Positions 37,563 through 52,003 of a stretch of 64,000 nt of DNA are shown one piece after another. Positions within the stretch are counted from its first letter, which is position 1; every line of letters begins with the position of its first letter. Both the position numbers and the translations under genes were made by a program. The stretch lies in contig JAWMAR010000013.1 in the NCBI GenBank assembly GCA_036785375.1, positions 9,052,001 to 9,116,000 on the forward strand, written 5' to 3'. The stretch is from Leucoraja ocellata. Taxonomy: Eukaryota. Below the pieces are notes generated by a model. It was not told the origin of the DNA, ran no database searches, and saw only the letters and a program-made list of their open reading frames with translations.

Positions 37563-39249
37563 TCCATACATGTCTGCCATACTCAAAAACATTGATGGCT
37601 GCGTTAAAAAAAAAAAACCCTGGAAAAGTGTAAGTTAAATAATTACAAACATTAAGAAACCAATATAATTAAATGCTTGCTATTTTACAAGAGTACAAGT
37701 ATTTAAGTTATCTGAAATGTGGCCCTCCCTTTCCACTGGAAATTGTAATGTTAATGAACCCGCAGCAGGGAAAAACTGTTGCAGAATCCATGCCCGAATT
37801 TCCCAGTGCAATTACACAGAGTTAACAGCTCACTGCTGGGTCCCAGGTCAGCCCTACCTCTTAATTCAGGATTCTCACATTTATACAAGTAATCTGTGCT
37901 GCCTTCATCACTGTCCCCACTGCTTTAACAATGATCAGATCATACAACTGTCCTACTAAAATGAGCTTTAGCTCTATATATCAGTTTAATTAAGCAGTAA
38001 ACAAAGTAATACAGAGTTTTTTTCTAATATTCTTACCATCATCGCCAACAGTTAGCCTTAATAACCGGCTAAAACTATCCCAATACCAAAGAACAATTAT
38101 ACCCATTCATCAACAGGCACATAGTAGTCTAATGAATAGGAAAACAATTCTCACACCTCAGTCAAGTCCAAGGTCACATAATCAGGCTTAGCTTTCTGCC
38201 ATCATCCTCCCCAAGGTGTGTTTTGAAAATACCTCAAAGTTACCAGATGGGGTGGTTCATTCTACAAAGTTCATTCATTTTTTTATGCACATGAAGTCCA
38301 AAGGCAACACAATTCCCTTGTCACCACTACCACCACCTTTGTGCTTCCCGACTGACTGGTCACAAGAATAAAACGCATTCTTGAAATGCTCGCTCATTAG
38401 TGAACTATCCTAGCAGTGACTTATGATAAAAGCGCACTCATGCCTTCCAGACATCTCACACCTGTTGTCAACCAATTATTTGAAAAACTGTAGATTTAGG
38501 TTTATTATTGTCACATGTGCCGAGGTACAGTGAAAAGCGTTGTTTTGCATGTGAAAAATTAGTCTTCACAATAACATTCAGATTCACAGTAACTTAAGTT
38601 GCAACAAACAATATCCAAGTAAAATGATGGAAATCTGACTGGGAAGAGAAAGCTGGGTCACTTTGATTTGACCTTTAATTGGCATTATTTTACCCACATA
38701 TTTTACTCAAATGCTGACTAATGATGTCTTGCCTTTCTTCTTCAGCAATATACATTCTGATTTAGACCCAAATAGGTCAGATGTTTTCTTCAAAATATAC
38801 CCCCAGTTTATAGATTTGATCACTAATTAGCTACTTAAGATCAACCATTACACAATCAAGGTTATGGCCCAGAATTTGTTGAGGTTAATTGCGTGATTAT
38901 CAGTACTCACTGTATCAAAATTTAATAAATCAATAAGAATTTCTGCAATACACCTGTGCACAATCAAGTACAAAGTCAAGATCCGTCAGTGTCCTTTTTA
39001 AATTCGGCAGAAATCAGTGAGTGGATGATATCTTCAAATTATCACCCTGTTAATGAGTGATAATGGTGAATGATCCACTGGGCCCTAACACATTGCCTGG
39101 CCTTGAAAGTCAATTGTGGGTCCTCGGGGGGGGGGGAGAATCGGGAGGCGAGAGGAGGGGGGAGAGGAGGGGAGGGACACGACACATCCAAGATCAGACA
39201 TTTAATAGGTATGTGATAGATGTACATCACACATTATTACAGCCAAACT

Positions 39250-40205
39250 CAGGCAAGGGAAACAGAAGTGTAAAACACACACCTTCAGATTCAGGAACAG
39301 TTTCTTTCCAGCTGTTATCAGGCAACTGAACCATTCTTTCAACAACCAGAGAGCAGGCCTGAGCTACTATCTACATCATTGGAGATCCTCAAACTATGTT
39401 TAATCGGACTTTACTAGACTTTATCTTGCATTAAATGTCATTCCTTTTATCATGTACCGGTGGATTGACTGCAATCATGCATTGTTCAGGAAATAACTGC
39501 AGATGCTGGTTTAAATCCAAGTAGCCACAAAATGCTGGAGTAATTCAGCGGGACAGGCAGCATCTCTGGAGAGAAGGAATGGGCGAAGTTTCAGGTCTAG
39601 ACCCTTGTTCAGACCGATGTCAGGGGAGTAGCGGGACAAAGATCGAATGTAGTCAGGGACAGTAAGACTGGTGGGAGAACTGGGAAGGGGGGAGGGGATG
39701 GCGAGAGATGCAAAGCAAGGGAAGTTAGAGAAGGTCAATGTTCATACCACTGAGGTGTAAACTATCTAAGTGAAATATGAGGTGCTGTTCCTCCAATTTG
39801 CGCTGGGGCCTCACTCTGAGAATGGAGGAGGCCCGACAGAAAGGTCAGATTGGGAATGGGAGGGGGAGTTGAAGTGCTGAGCAACCCGGTTGCTCTCATT
39901 CCCAATCTGACCTTTCTGTCCTCGGTTTTATGATGTAGCTTTAAGGCAAGTTTAAAGGAGACGTGCGGGGAAATTGTTTTATACAGAGGGGGGTGAGTGC
40001 TTGGAACACAATGCCGGGGTTGGTGATTGAGGTAGATACGATAGTGGCATTTAAGAGACTTTTGGATAGGCACATGGATATGCAGGGAATGGAAGGATAT
40101 GGTTTTATGTGCAAGCAGATAAGAGTTGGTCATGGCACCATGTTCAGCACAGACATTGTGGGCCAAAGGGCCAGTTCTTGTGCAGTACCGTTCTATATTC
40201 TATAT
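39250..40205. mobile_element. Nested cluster: Rex-like tail (+, 39250..39485), Penelope 3' end (-, 39487..39925, with a short terminal inversion), CR1 tail (+, 39935..40205)
   Basis: RFRNSFFPAVIRQLN; GLLHSQSEA..KLEEQHLIF on the minus strand followed by the terminal repeat; aaggtcagattgggaatg / cattcccaatctgacctt inversion; CR1 GKFKGDVRGNCFIQRGVSAWN. Confidence 0.8.
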
Positions 40206-42317
40206 AGAAATAGAATAAATGCAAGCCTTGCATAGAAATGAAACGGCCAATTCCAATTATACGCTCAACGTTCCATGCATGCATAACAAAAGGCAAACGT
40301 TTTACATCTGGCCCATGGCATAAATGAACAATCTATTTCCATCTAAAAAGTTATCAATTTACATTTTAAGTTGTCATAATTTTAATATAATATAGCAATT
40401 GCCTACTACTTTCATTCGTATTTTAAGCCAATTCTACTCTCCCTCCTAGGAATAAACTAGAGAACCCACAGCACCTCCAGCCAGCACTGCAATCAGGATG
40501 GAAAATGCAGTTACAACGACCCTTTAAATAGTTAGATGAAAGGAGAAAACAACCAGTTAAGACACATTTCATCAGGAATATCTATACCTTATTCAATTCA
40601 CTTCCTCTGAAAAAATGGATGGTTTTAACAAAGCTCTCAATGCACTAATGATGGCATACAGGAGCCAAGTAACTGCCCTCAGACTGTTCCTTAAAAGCAC
40701 TGCTGCATTACTTTGCCAAAGTCCCACAGAACTTGCCAAATTTGGTCATGCCTGCTTAGCTTGCTCGACTGATTGTGCCAGAAAAGAAAATAAGACACAG
40801 ATGTATTTGAGCTCTTTGTGGTGCCAGTAAAAGACAGTTAATGCTTTATCTCAACACCTCCCCCTCCAGCTGGGCACAGGTGGTGGATAATGAGGGCTCT
40901 CTCCCTATTCAAACTCAATTATTTACCAGTCATGATAACCAACATCTTGCACAGACAACCACATTAAGCTCGGCATCAAACACACACCAAGAACTATTTC
41001 CTCTGACAAGCTCTGAGCTTTGCTTACAAACTCAAGTGGGTAATAGTTTTCATTGGCACAAATTTAACTCTTGACATTTTCCCCAATGGTTTTCTGTTGA
41101 AATGCCAATCAGAAATAGTCTGATTTGAATATTTAAGATTCATCACATAATCCTGCCTTTCCCATTGGATTGTTAAAGGAGCCAACTTAGTCACCCGATT
41201 TTTCTTATTCGTGGCTCCGCCATATGAAGTAAAATGATGCCTACACATCTGGCAGTTTCAGAACAGTTGATAATGGATTCCATGGGGAGAAGTATATAAT
41301 TGAGCTAGGTTTATTTGGAATTAGATGCCATGGAGTATATCAGGAGTAAAAACACTGATTTGAAAAGGCATAGTGAACCTAGAACAAAAATTTGAAAGAA
41401 AGGTATAAATAAAAAGCAAACTAGGTCCTCCCTGTGTACAAAGTATAAATATACATAGACCAAGATCCAAATTAGTTCATAAATTTCTGTACATTGGACA
41501 CATTAAAATTATAATCTTACCATTTTCCTTTAATCAGCACAAATAATATCATCTCAGCTCTACACTTGCCCGATCACTATGTTTTAATGCGTACTGTGTC
41601 GCACCGTTACGGAATTTATTACATTGGTTACAAATGTAAAATTACTCAAAATCATGTTGGTTTCGTTTTTGGGATCAAGTTGCAAATTAACTGACGGGTG
41701 GTCACTCATAAAACTTGTGTATGTGCTTATAATCACTTCATCTAACAGACTAAACTGAGATGATTTTAAGTCATTAACATTTTGCAATCAGTGAACTAAA
41801 TTCTGTTAGGGTGCTGGACAAAACATTTAGAATTACAGCATTACAGAACTTGGGTCCAACTCGCAAAAGAATTGTTAACAAGGATCAATATAACTAAATA
41901 AGTCATCTCTTTGATGATCTGCCTCAACAATATGAAGGTACTGCATCAGACCAAGTGCTCTCAAGATCAAGAGAGATGCTTGCTCAAAGTAGAGCATGCA
42001 GTCTCCTTCCTTTTCCATAATGGAGTCACACAATTGCCTACCAGTCAAAACACTGATAAATACAACCATCCAACTGGTTTCAAGCACCACTACATGCTAT
42101 CAACCTAATATTTCACGACTAAAGTCTACCACTGGAGTACCCCCAGCAATATCTCCTGTTGTGCCTCTGCGCAATTCCTTCAGTAACTTGGCAATCATTC
42201 AGAATGTTTTCCCCATTTCCACCCCAACTATCAGCAGCTTCCTTCAAAATTCATCCTTGGTTACAGATCCACCAGTGACCACTTCCCCTCTTTTTCCATC
42301 TTGCCTGGTCTGCAGTT

Positions 42318-42368
42318 GCCCCCCCCCACCCCCCCCCCCCCCCACCCCCCCCCCCCCCCCCCCCCCCC
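42318..42368. repeat. Poly-C tract
   Basis: About 50 nt of C with two A interruptions. Confidence 0.95.
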
Positions 42369-42529
42369 GTCTCTTAGAACTTCAGCCAAATGACTTTAGC
42401 TGTTCATATTTTCTTTCACAAAAGACCATTGTGTAAATAAACAAAAGCAGTCTCAATGAACTTAATAGAAATTCATCATGGACTGGACATTACTAAATAC
42501 ATACTAAAAACCATCTGAAAGATCAGTAT

Positions 42530-43420
42530 CACGGAGTAATTACGAACAGAAGATGACCATGTGGCCCATCTAGTCCCTGCCAGCCCTGCTGTTGCAGCCA
42601 ATCAGTCCCTTTACACTGCTTTAATCTAAGGCCGTGCACAATTTGTTCTGCCTGTTCAATTTGCTTTCAAGATCTTTAACCGTTTCTCCTTCCACTCTCC
42701 TTGGAAGCACTAAGTTCCACGTCATTATCACTCACAACCACCCCGATATCACTTCACCTAAAATCTTAATTCTTTGTTCTTTGTCCTTGCACCATCAAGT
42801 TAAGGGCAACCTCACCTAAACCTACTGTAATCTTGCACATATCTCCTCAACCTTTTTTCTGCTGAGAAAACCACAAGCCTCTACAATTCCTCTTCGCTGA
42901 ACCATCCTGAAATCTACTTCTGCACCCTTATAATGGTCTTCACATCCTTCTTTAAGTGTGTGAACATAAATGGACAACTTACTCTGGTAACCATGCCAGA
43001 GCTTTTTCTAAATTCAATAATTTCCCTATTTCATTCCACACCTTGATTTATAAAACAGAACATCCCATGCGTTTTACCAACCAGTTTCTCAAACCAGTTT
43101 CTTAAACTGTCAAAGATCTCGGCATACGAATCCCCACATTCCTCTGCTCCAGCACTTTTGAACTGGGTCATTGTCTACATTCCCCCTCACACAGTCCTTG
43201 TGTCAAGAATGCATCACATCAGCCCATTTTTACTCTATGCAACGGCCCTTGCACTGACCCTCGTGACCACCCAACAGCATGCAAAACAACCATAATTTGC
43301 TGTTTTTAATCCTTCAGCCATTTTACAACAAATCTAACTGATGCTCACCCCAATACTTGATGAAAATCAACTTCACAAACCCGCCTGTTGTAGCACTTTG
43401 TCTGATGTTTTCTTAAAATC
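42530..43420 (-). mobile_element. Very old CR1 LINE remnant
   Basis: gaccatgtggcccatctagtccctgccagc tail and accatcctgaaatctacttctgcaccct...cacatccttctttaagtgtg (degenerate WSP/LERVQ region). Confidence 0.5.
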
Positions 43421-45584
43421 CACACAGACAATAAATACATCATATACTTACTTCCCTTCAAACCGTTCTGTCAACTTCACCTCTCAGCCCCCCCCCCCTT
43501 AAAAACCCTGGCTTTAAGCCATCCAGAAATAGGCAACTTGCCCATTCTAAAAATAGTCAGCCTTTTTAGTTAATCCTGCCGTTCACATTTCAACCCAATC
43601 TCTTCCAAATCAAACACTAGCCGTTAAATATCTCGTCTTGCTCTCGACCAATAATTTCCCACTCTCTTTGCCCCAAATGAACCATAGGTTAAATGCCAGA
43701 AGATATATCCAACGGGTCCCTTTTCACAGGTTTCAGAACAAGGAAGGAATATAGAGATTTAAAATAAAAAATTATCAAGTTGGAGCATGTGAATTCTGTT
43801 TAATAAAGTGGAAGTTACATTTCATACAAGTAGCACGTCTGGTGATCTGTGTGAACTAATATCAGGACAATGTAGAAAGACATCATTTAGTATGGTAACC
43901 AGATTTTGCAGGGCAGGGACATGGATTGATTTGGGGGGGAGCAGAGGGTGCACATATTCCATCTTGGCTTAAACATCCATGTTTTTTTAATATCATTTTT
44001 GACAAGAGTACTTCAAATATAACAGAAAACATTTTTGCATGCCCAGATGCTGTGTTTTGGGTTTTATGACCTTAACTTCAAACTCCTCTCTATTTTGCAA
44101 TGCTCATATCAAATTAAACATGAAAAAGAATAGCCTCATCCTATTTGTCATTTGAAAGTATTATACAGAACATCTGAACAGCATTCTCCAAGTTTCCAGA
44201 AAAGTAAAAACCTGAAAAAAAAAATCCCAGACAGTCTCCCCTGCCAAAAAGGAAACCATGTCAGGCTTACTTATTCTAAATCTCTGTTAAGTCCATATGT
44301 AAGATTTCTGACTGGAACAACAATCTGGCTTTAGAATAACAAACTATAGTAATACTCAAAAAATGTAAAGGGCAAGAACTTCAACTGGCACACAGCCAGA
44401 TCAAATACTGGTACACAATATAAAGCAGTATCAGCTCAAGGATAGACTTTACAGCTGCAATATGCAATTTGTCAAAGAAAGGAAAAAATGATCAATAAAA
44501 AGACATCAGAATATGGTATGCAGCATATTATTTAATTAATTTGTAGGGAAAAAAGTAAATAAATTGCTGAACAAATATACTGACCCTAGGGCACTAATCA
44601 GGCGGTAAACAAACTTCAAGAGCATTTAACAATGTTAACACTGTTTTTGTTAGGTATTCCACAATCTGTACCCTCATAAAACCTGGAAAAATCCATTTAC
44701 GGAGAAAAATTGAGGAATAAATTTTATCATGGGCACAAATGGCTCTCAGAAGTGATTAAGATGCACAGATTAATCTTATGTATAGATTTATAATCAGTGA
44801 AGGGTTAATTATGCGATATATTTCTAGTTATTGAGCATTCATTCCTCCACCAAACTATTTGCTGTGCCAACGGTGCTGTGGTTTATAGTGCATGTTTATC
44901 ATCAACCTGGTATTTTGAATCAATGTATACGAAAGATCTAATGTGGAATTAAAAGTGACATGAATACTTGGCAATTATACAAAAGCATGACCAACAACAG
45001 GGACAAAAATCAAGTGCAGCAAATGTTGATCTTAGTTTTGAGTTTGTAATCAGAGTCAAATTAGAAGGCTCATTTTGATTTCTTGAAGGAACCATGACTG
45101 CAGATATTTGTTTAGTTGTCTGCTGATCATTAAATAAACTGCACAGGCTCCTCAGAGAGTTCTCCAATTCTACAGCAACCAACAGTAGTAGTACTAACTA
45201 AACATTGCAGAGGAAACATGCGCAATTATAACTTTTAACAAAATAAAACATTCATTAGTATGGAATTACATAAAACATCCCCAGGTTAAACAAGATTTAA
45301 AAAAAAGGGGTATTTAATTGCCTTTTATCGTGTAATTTTTTTTTTTGTGAGTTTACGAAATGTTCACGGGGTTCTGTGAAATAGAATAAGGGTATTCAAT
45401 TGCACTTTATACTTCACACATGGAGCATCACTCAATTGGTTAACAATACACCTGAATAGTTATGAAATTTGATAAAACATACCAAACTATATCTTTTTGC
45501 AACACTGTCCATGTAAATGCTCTGGGTCAAAGTGGAATTAGTGTTCACGTTAAAATGAAAGTTAATTTTTTTAAATAAACTTAC

Positions 45585-45761
45585 ATGCGAACAAAGAGAG
45601 ACTGTTTTGCTGCCAGCTCAGGCGGTGAGTACTTCTCAACTAGTGCCAGTGTACTGAAGCCGAACTTATGAATTGGCTCATTGGAATCCAATGGTGGAAA
45701 ATCGCCATCAACTTCTCCATCATCCTCGGCAATATGAAGGCAGTAGACGTCCACTTTTTCA
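45585..45761 (-). CDS. MAPKAP1: MAPKAP1/SIN1 internal coding exon (CRIM domain C-terminal part; equivalent to human exon 6)
   Basis: Minus strand reads ccttcattacag|TGAAAAA...CGCAT|gtaagt; 177 nt (1+58 codons+2). Translation [58 protein letters not shown](I) matches vertebrate SIN1 [40 protein letters not shown] as I recall it. Confidence 0.97.
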
Positions 45762-46696
45762 CTGTAATGAAGGAACAGTGAGCATTAGAAAAAGTCAAAT
45801 CGGCAATGGTCAATTGGCGGCTGTGGTCTAGATTCTGGCCGCACTAACCTCCAGTTTATGAACAAAAGCCTGATTGGGCAAGAGAGTGCATTGGGGGGGG
45901 GAACGGACACACACACACACCAAAAAGTGGTTTGCTTCCAAAAAAAGGCAATAATTTTTGCAAAAAATAAAGCTTCAAATAAATGTAACAGCGCAAGAGC
46001 TTACATTTTAACACATTAGCTTTCCACTCATGTTTGTAAGCAGAACAGAGACTTTGGCAAAAAAATTGTGAAAACCCACCATGCCGTGGGTAGTTTTGCC
46101 AACATATCCGCTGGCGTTATTCTGATTCTCGTCTAAGCAAACAGCATCATGGTTCACAGGCTTGAAATGAAGGAACACTCAATTGCTAATAAGAAAATGC
46201 AATGTTCACCAGAGCACACATTTTTAAAACCTAATCTATTTAACCATGGACAAGTGCTTCCAAAGCAGTCCAGACTAATATTTAATGGTTAGTGGGAATC
46301 TGATTTTAAAGACGATTAAACATTTACATTCTTTTGGCTCTCGAGTGCAGCAGGCAACCAGAACACGAGAGACTTACAGAAGCATGCTGACAGATGAGAC
46401 AGACTAAAGCCAGAAGACAGCTTCAGAATGCTGTGGCCGGTGGTACAAAGAGACAGAAGCTGCAAGCTGAACAGGGAACTTGCAGTTAAGTTAAGGCACA
46501 GGGAATACAATTGCTCTCATAATTAGCGTCTTATTCCCAATGCACAAAGGAACATTCAAAGCAAAATGCAGCATCTGAAATAAGGAATGGTACAAATATA
46601 CAGAAGATATTACATATTATTTTCCATCAGGAATGTATAAATCATTTTAAATCGTACAGATGCATGCCGAACAAACCAAGCCATCAACAGCATATG

Positions 46697-46844
46697 GTAT
46701 GCAAAAATGCTGGAGAAACTCAGCGGGTGCAGCAGCATCTATGGAGCGAAGGAAATAGGTGACGTTTCGGGCCGAAACCCTTCTTCAGACTGATGGAGGG
46801 TGGGGGGGGGGGGGGGAGAAGGAAGGAAAAAGGGAGGAGGAAAG
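46697..46844 (-). mobile_element. Penelope terminal-repeat insert with 15-bp TSD and intact hammerhead core (46761..46788)
   Basis: catcaacagcatatg at 46682-46696 and 46845-46859. Minus strand reads CTGAAGA-A-GGGTT-TC-GGCCC-GAAA-CGTC. Confidence 0.9.
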
Positions 46845-47977
46845 CATCAACAGCATATGTTCACTGGATCTGCTTGAACTTCTGGTGTCTATTAATTTGT
46901 TTGGTTTTCTATCAACTATGAACAAAAATTCAGGCAGAGCGAATCTTCTTATGTACTTCCTCAGTTTCCATTTTTCACCATGTTCTCTCCCTCCAACCCC
47001 ATCCTGAGCAATGCGTAACAATATGCATTTTAAAAATTTAGGTATTTGATGAAGGAATATCTGATCCATCTCAACTGGCTAGCTGGAAAATTAGCAAAGT
47101 GCTAGGGTTTTGCTACTGGGCAAGGCCAAGACAATTAACAAGCATCACTGTGGTATACGAACACATTTTCGATCCAAAATATCCATCAACAACTAACAGC
47201 ATTATTTCAGCATCATCAATTATTTTCTCCATGTGCATGGTCTATCTTCATGTGAATGAAATACTGACACGTCTATATTTAACATAATTGGTATTTTTCC
47301 ACATCTTTATTACAATTTATAAATTAACTCCAATATAAATTAAAACGAAAATACTAGTGCGGAATCAAATTATTTATCCAATTTATTTTCTGCATTTAGA
47401 AGCAGCACAAACAAAATTATTTTTTAGATAACCATTAATCTTCACCAATGCTCCAGAGACTAAAAATACATTTATCCAAGCTGTGCATTAAGGGTAGGTG
47501 GCAACTCAAGGTCAAGGTAAGGCCCGATCATTGAACCTCCGTCAACAGAGTCATTTGATCCATCACGTCAGGAAATGAAAATACTGAGTTATCGTGATCA
47601 TTACGACATTCCCTGATCAGAGGGCATAATTTCAAGTATGAAGGTACCCTGAGAACTGATGAAAGTAGAACAACATTCTAACAGTTGGACAAAATGTAGC
47701 CTCTCAAAACTGAAATTTTCATCAATCTCGTTCAGGGGAACTTGCATTCCATCGCAATCAAGTGCACAGGAGTTCAACGTGTAAAGCCGCTACAGCAGCA
47801 TGATTTATTACACTAAAATATCCTTTGGAGTTATATTTCCAGTAAAACGGACTTCCATAATTTTGTAAAGTTCATTCATTCATATTGTTCAGATGAATGT
47901 CCATGGGTCTCCATGAGGAATCTACTGCAGGTCTAACCCCAACAACCACATCAATGCATCTACATCTGAAACATATC

Positions 47978-48350
47978 AGCCATGGTTCAGTGGTAACACT
48001 TTTCACCCTAGGTCAGAAATTTGAGAATGGAATCCAGGTCAATAAATCATTAGAGCACAATGCATTGCCTTTGGGGAAGACTCAGAACCAAAACCTCATT
48101 AGTTCTCAAGAGACCATCAAAGACCCCAGGGCACTTGTGGACAATAGGTTATGGAAAATGTCCGTGCATCCTTTCCAAGAATTATGCCTCCAATCAAACA
48201 GATTATAGTGTCATTTTTCTCATAAGATGCTTGTGGGAATTTGTTGTGTGCAAACAGGTTCTGCATGGAGCTGCACTATGATCTTGACTGAACGAAAAGA
48301 TGACCACTGAAATGCAAGCGCTTTCCAGATGCTCCGATGACACGAGGTGC
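47978..48350 (+). mobile_element. DeuSINE (SacSINE1/AmnSINE1-like), old
   Basis: tRNA-like head agccatggttcagtggtaacact...gtcagaa, Deu-domain-like aaagaccccagggcact...aaacagattat..tgtcatt...gcttgtgggaatttgttgtgtgcaaa, and aagcgcttt tail. Confidence 0.7.
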
Positions 48351-49296
48351 CACGGTGTAGTTACTCACTAATGGGCAAGTGGGAGGCAGATAACAAATAT
48401 TCAAAAGTTATTTTAACAATTGCAAAATGTCTCCTTTAAAATTTCAGAAGTCTCTCACACCTTTGTACCACTGTTTAGCATTCTGGAAATCGTCTGTGTT
48501 GATAGTTATCAATCTGAATGGTGATCAATACTACGCGACGATAAAATAATACTTTTACAGTAATTCAAAGCTGGATTTCACAAAATATATTGCCACGAGG
48601 GAGCGAGGATAATGTTTGAATTGGTTGGTTTTTATCTCTACTCTTCCAAGTATCAAATCCCTGCATGACCAAGCGGCATGATGGCATGGCATTTTACAAC
48701 AAAGCTGCACAATTCTTTAAGCTTATAATTTAGGTTTCAAATCATGTTTATCATATTAATATTTTGACTTGGTTCTATCCAACAATATTGAATTCAGTGA
48801 TGTATAAAATTGACAAAATTATAATATGTAATAACTACTGGGCCAGAAAATTAAGATGATGTACATTATCTTATTTGAATGTAGTAACTCAGTTGAAAAA
48901 TGTCTACATGCAAGTATTATACATCTACACTCTTTATAAAGCCTGGAAAATGGGACAAAAACTAGGAAAATTCATAAATATGTATGGCTGTCGTTTTGTC
49001 CAATCACATCTTGAATAAAATCCCATTTTAATTTCTCTTCATTTTCCAGTTTCTCTTCCATTTTTATTTATAAACATGTTTGTAAGATATTATGTGAACT
49101 GTTGTTGCTCACCAACTGCCTTTTCACAAGGTGCTCATTTCTTGATCTTTTGCTGTTACCTTTCCCTTTTGCCCATCTATGCCTGATCATGAAAAAGGAA
49201 GCCTTCTCAAAACATACAAGTCCAATCCCAGGTGTTTCTCCACAGCCACTGTTCATCTCCAGCACCTGGATGACTGAGGGCACTCCCAATTAACAA

Positions 49297-50665
49297 TAGA
49301 TAGACACAAAATGCTTGGGTAACTCAACAGGTCAGTCAGCATCTCTGGAGAAAAGAATAGGTGACGTTTCGGGTCGGATCCTTTCTTCAGTCTGAGTTAC
49401 CCCAGCATTTTGTGCCTATCTTCGGTAAAAAAACAGCATCTGCAGTCCCTTACTACCTGATTAACTATGACCATATGACCATTCCCCTCGCACCATGAAT
49501 GAATTGAACTAATTCTTGCATAGGACAATTTTCCATCAACACCACTCGGTTCCGACAGATAAAATACATCACCCTGGATGATTTTTAAGTGACCTGGCTT
49601 TAGGTTTTTTTTTTAAGGATTTTCAACACTCCTACCAACTCAACCAACTGGAGACCGAATTCACCAGTTTCCACACACTAACTATCAGCTTCCTCAAGTT
49701 TTGATACTTCCAGCTTGAATCTCACCACCATGTGCACCTTCCTCCTCTTTACTGACATTCCTTCATCAACATACTGCTTCACTCATCAATACCATTTTCC
49801 TTTCCCCACAGCATCTTCTTCCACAACTCTAATGATACATCATCTTTGCTCATTTCCATCCAAGGTCAAAGGCATTTTCAACATTAGAGTGAGTTACTTG
49901 CGCTTCTGATTTGTATACGAAAGAACTGCAGATGCTGGAAAAATCGAAGGTAGCCAAAAATGCTGGAGAAACACAGCGGGTGTGGCAGCATCAATGGAGC
50001 GAAGGAATAGGTGACGTTTTGGGTCAAGACCCGAAACGTCACCTATTCCTTCCCTCAATAGATGCTGCCTCACCCGCTGAGTTTCTCCAGCATTTTTGGC
50101 TAGCTGTGCTTCTGATTTAGTATGTTCTATTCGTTGTTCACAATGTAGCCTCTGATAATTGGAAAGGCGAATGAAGAAAGCAAAAGCAGCTCAAAATTAC
50201 CCTGAAACAAGGAGCTGCATATGCTGGTTAATAAAAAAAAAAAGATGAAGTGCTGGAGTAACTCAGCGGATTACAGCATCTTCAGCATCTCCGTAGAACA
50301 TGGATAGGTGACTCTTCGTTTAAAAATAGCTCTTCAGTTTGCAAGCCTAACCCTGGATGCTTGTCACTTCAGCCTTCTGTCCAACAAGCTCCAGTGCCAA
50401 GCGGTGATCATGGTTGCCCTTATGCATACCACTGGAACAAACTTTTATTTCTTTAGGATCACATTATTCTCTTCGGTCCTGTACATTAATACTTTGTCAT
50501 TTAATCTCCAACATTACATCCTATTAGACATTTCACTTTGTGGCCTGAGATTTGTTCCTTTAACTTCACAAAAGTTAACTGACTGGGCATATTGACCTCT
50601 TCCCCTTACACAGATGCTGCCTGACCTGCTAAACACTTCCTGCAATTTTTGTTCTTACTTCCAGA
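49297..50665. mobile_element. Cluster of Penelope-derived pieces (hairpins 49297..49455 and 49913..50104; arms near 50207..50310 and 50600..50665; decayed endonuclease-region remnants between)
   Basis: Family arms; tg(c/t)gcttctgattt duplication at 49899-49912 and 50105-50118; minus-strand hammerhead core at 49363..49390. Confidence 0.75.
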
Positions 50666-51299
50666 ACCTCTAGTAGCTTTTGATAAATCACTGCAGCTTA
50701 GATAACTGCTCCACTGTAACAAAGTTTTTTAAATCTTTCATCCAATTGCAGAGATAAATAATAAGATTAAACCAATGAAAAATCAACAACTTTTACCTGT
50801 TAAAGAACATTGATATTTTACAGCTAACAATTTTTTTTTTCGAAAATGCATTCCTCAAGCATCTAACAGTTTCATGTGCCACTCAATTTCCTCTAGTCCA
50901 GAAGTTAAAAAAATGAAATTGTCAAATTCAGAGTTGAATCTTGCAACATTAGGCCACGGGTATTCAAGGCCATTCAGAATGCAAGCTCTCAGAATAAATG
51001 CTCTCAGAAAGTATACTTTGCCATAAACTAAAATGAACATTTTCTTCTCTAAGTAGTACTGATAAAAATTATTAATAACATCCATTTTGCCATACTCTGC
51101 CCAGAAGATTCCCTTAGTGAATTCTGATGCAACACAAGACATTGTTTCATGAATACACAATGAACACCATCTACACATTGCAAATCAGAAGAGATAAGGA
51201 CACGATGGGAAATGCGTAAAAGAGGACAAGCTAACAATAAAATGTGCAGGATAAATGACTCTAAAAATGTAATTATTGTGGTCTTGTCAAACATAAGGT

Positions 51300-51560
51300 T
51301 TAGCACTCGACGCTATGAATCCCAGCTGTGGAGACACTGGTATCGTTGTCTTGTTGTAGGACATTGATCATTCTTTTATTCTGGATTTTAATTCATGTAT
51401 TGTGTTTTTTTTTAAATATATAATATATGATGCTTTTATGTGATATACTAAGATTTTATGTACTTTATGATATTTTTTAATATGCAATGCATTTTTATGT
51501 AATGTCACCCCTTGTCTGGACCTTGAGTCCAAAATAAAGTTTATTATTATTATTATTATT
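51300..51560 (+). mobile_element. LINE 3' UTR with (TAT)n tail
   Basis: AT-rich UTR ending ctggaccttgagtccaaaataaagtt(tat)n. Confidence 0.55.
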
Positions 51561-52003
51561 AAAATATCTTCCTAGATAATGGAAAACAAAACTTGAAACA
51601 AAAAAAAAAATTAAAGAGACAAAGGATGTGTCTTTGTCCTGCTCTACTCGCCCAATTATTACCAAGTGCATCAAAGCTGACCAAAATGTTCCAGCAGTCT
51701 AAGATACACCAAACCTCGGCCTGACTATTAAATTGACATGCTTTGGGGAAAGTGAAAGATTTTATAACCATACAACACTCCACGTGTCCCTGCTCCATCC
51801 CACTTTCCAGCCATGTCTCGCCATATCCTCAGACAACCTTATCTGCTATCTTTGGCTCCACCAATTTCAGTGTCGTCTGCAAACGTACTAATCAGACAGT
51901 TTACAATATCATCCAAAAGGTGCCAACACTGATTCTTGCAGTGCACCACTTGTTACAGACATCCAGGCAGAAACACACCCGTTGACCACAACTCTCTGCC
52001 CTC

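Noticed and set aside
41996-42436. 146-aa polyproline ORF
   Set aside because: Prolines come from a poly-C tract; no splice or homology support.
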